DNA from: Neoechinorhynchus agilis
Lineage: Eukaryota; Animalia; Acanthocephala
Direction: 5' to 3'
Length of the DNA stretch: 64,000 bases
Assembly (NCBI GenBank): GCA_051530055.1
Contig: CM121342.1
Coordinates: 10,121,480 to 10,185,479 of the forward strand
Positions 62,515 through 64,000 of the stretch are shown here, piece after piece; positions within the stretch are counted from its first letter, which is position 1; the number at the start of each line of letters is the position of its first letter. The notes beneath the pieces are model-generated. The model was given only the letters and a program-made list of their open reading frames with translations, was not told where the DNA came from and did no database searches. The translations under genes were made by a program, and so were the position numbers.

Positions 62515-64000
62515 CTCAAAATCATTATCGATTAAGATATAAATTGCCGATATGTGACGAGGTACCTTGTTATATGATTAGAAATGTTTTTGTTAGTAAT
62601 TTAACAAACTGATAATGCTCCAGACGAGGTTAAAATCGTCTTTAATACAAAAAATCCTTTACCGGATGAAGGCCTAAATAACATTTTTGGCTATAAATCG
62701 GAGACCAATGCTAAATCGCCTTTGTGTAAGTTTCTGAAGTTCTAATATTGACGATCTTAAAATCTATTACATTCGCCAGAAATTATTATTTTTTATGAGT
62801 TTCCTCCATTTCGAAGCACTTTATTTCCTTTGCTTTTCCTAAAGATACGATCTTCTTATTTTATTAAATAGTCATTTCTTTTGCCCTTAAATTGACAGTT
62901 GCAAAACTCCATGGGCGCTGAAATTTATGGAGAAATTCCTTTTATAATATCTAAGTTAAAATGAAGTGCTCTTAAAAATCATTATCGATTTAGATATAAA
63001 TTGCCAATTTGTGATGAGGTACCGAGTTATATGATTACAGTTTTATTAGTAATTTAACAGACTGATAATGAACCTAAAGACGTTATAAGCGTCTTTGATA
63101 AAAAAATACTGTATGAAGATCTAAATAACACTTTTGGCTTTAAATCGGAGACCAATGCTAAATCGCCTTTGTGTAAGTTTCTGAAGTTCTAATATTGACG
63201 ATATTAAATTCTATTACATTCGCCAGAAATTATTATTTTTTATGAATTTCCTCCATTTCGAAGCACTTTATTTCCTTTGCTTTTCCTAAAGATACGATCT
63301 TCTTATTTTATTAAATAGTCATTTCTTTTGCCCTTAAATTGGCAGTTGCAAAACTCCATGGGCGCTTAAATTTATGGAGAAATTCCTTTTATAATATCTA
63401 AGTTAAAATGAAGTGCTCTTAAAAATCATTATCGATTTAGATATAAATTGCCAATTTGTGATGAGGTACCGAGTTATATGATTACAGTTTTATTAGTAAT
63501 TTAACAGACTGATAATGAACCTAAAGACGTTATAAGCGTCTTTGATAAAAAAATACTGTATGAAGATCTAAATAACACTTTTGGCTTTAAATTGGATACC
63601 AATGCAAAATTGCCTGTGTGTAAGTTTCTGAAGTTCTAATATTGACGATATTAAATTCTATTACATTCGCCAGAAATTATTATTTTTTATGAGTTTCCTC
63701 CATTTCGAAGCACTTTATTTCCTTTGCTTTTCCTAAAGATACGATCTTCTTATTTTATTAAATAGTCATTTCTTTTGCCCTTAAATTGGCAGTTGCAAAA
63801 CTCCATGGGCGCTTAAATTTATGGAGAAATTCCTTTTATAATATCTAAGTTAAAATGAAGTGCTCTTAAAAATCATTATCGATTTAGATATAAATTGCCA
63901 ATTTGTGATGAGGTACCGAGTTTTATGATTACAGTTTTATTAGTAATTTAACAGACTGATAATGAACCTAAAGACGTTATAAGCGTCTTTGATAAAAAAA
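62515..64000. repeat. Tandem array, 447-457 bp unit, more than 3 copies, running off the window end
   Basis: The anchor atcattatcgatt starts at 62521, 62978, 63425 and 63872. Confidence 0.97.

Overview
AT-rich, gene-dense eukaryotic window, most likely from a compact animal genome (KANK-, IA-2/PTPRN-, BRPF- and SUZ12-like genes; mostly short ~35-70 nt GT-AG introns). Recognisable genes: NNT, sphingosine kinase, gamma-glutamyl hydrolase, KANK, COQ5, RNF121, a stand-alone RNA 5'-triphosphatase, an IA-2-like PTP, a BRPF-like PHD protein, a WDR5-like protein, a Tctex-type dynein light chain and SUZ12. Repeats: a decayed APE-type LINE with a nested GC-rich DD37E Tc1/mariner deletion derivative, at least two palindromic MITE-like families, several isolated fold-backs, ~140-bp satellites and a ~447-bp tandem array. 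The standout is a ~370-385 nt structured-RNA element. It occurs as a 13-copy tandem array (8.5-13.0 kb) and as a diverged solo copy (27.4-27.85 kb). The solo copy has tRNA-like Pol III A/B boxes and all three hammerhead core strands, but in a non-standard linear order. It also has a 5' inversion that preserves the unit end-to-start junction and a probable target-site duplication. This fits a retrozyme-like circular-RNA element with an atypical hammerhead; cleavage activity, expression and novelty are all untested inferences. Four conserved genes also have junctions that no plausible canonical GT-AG intron resolves.
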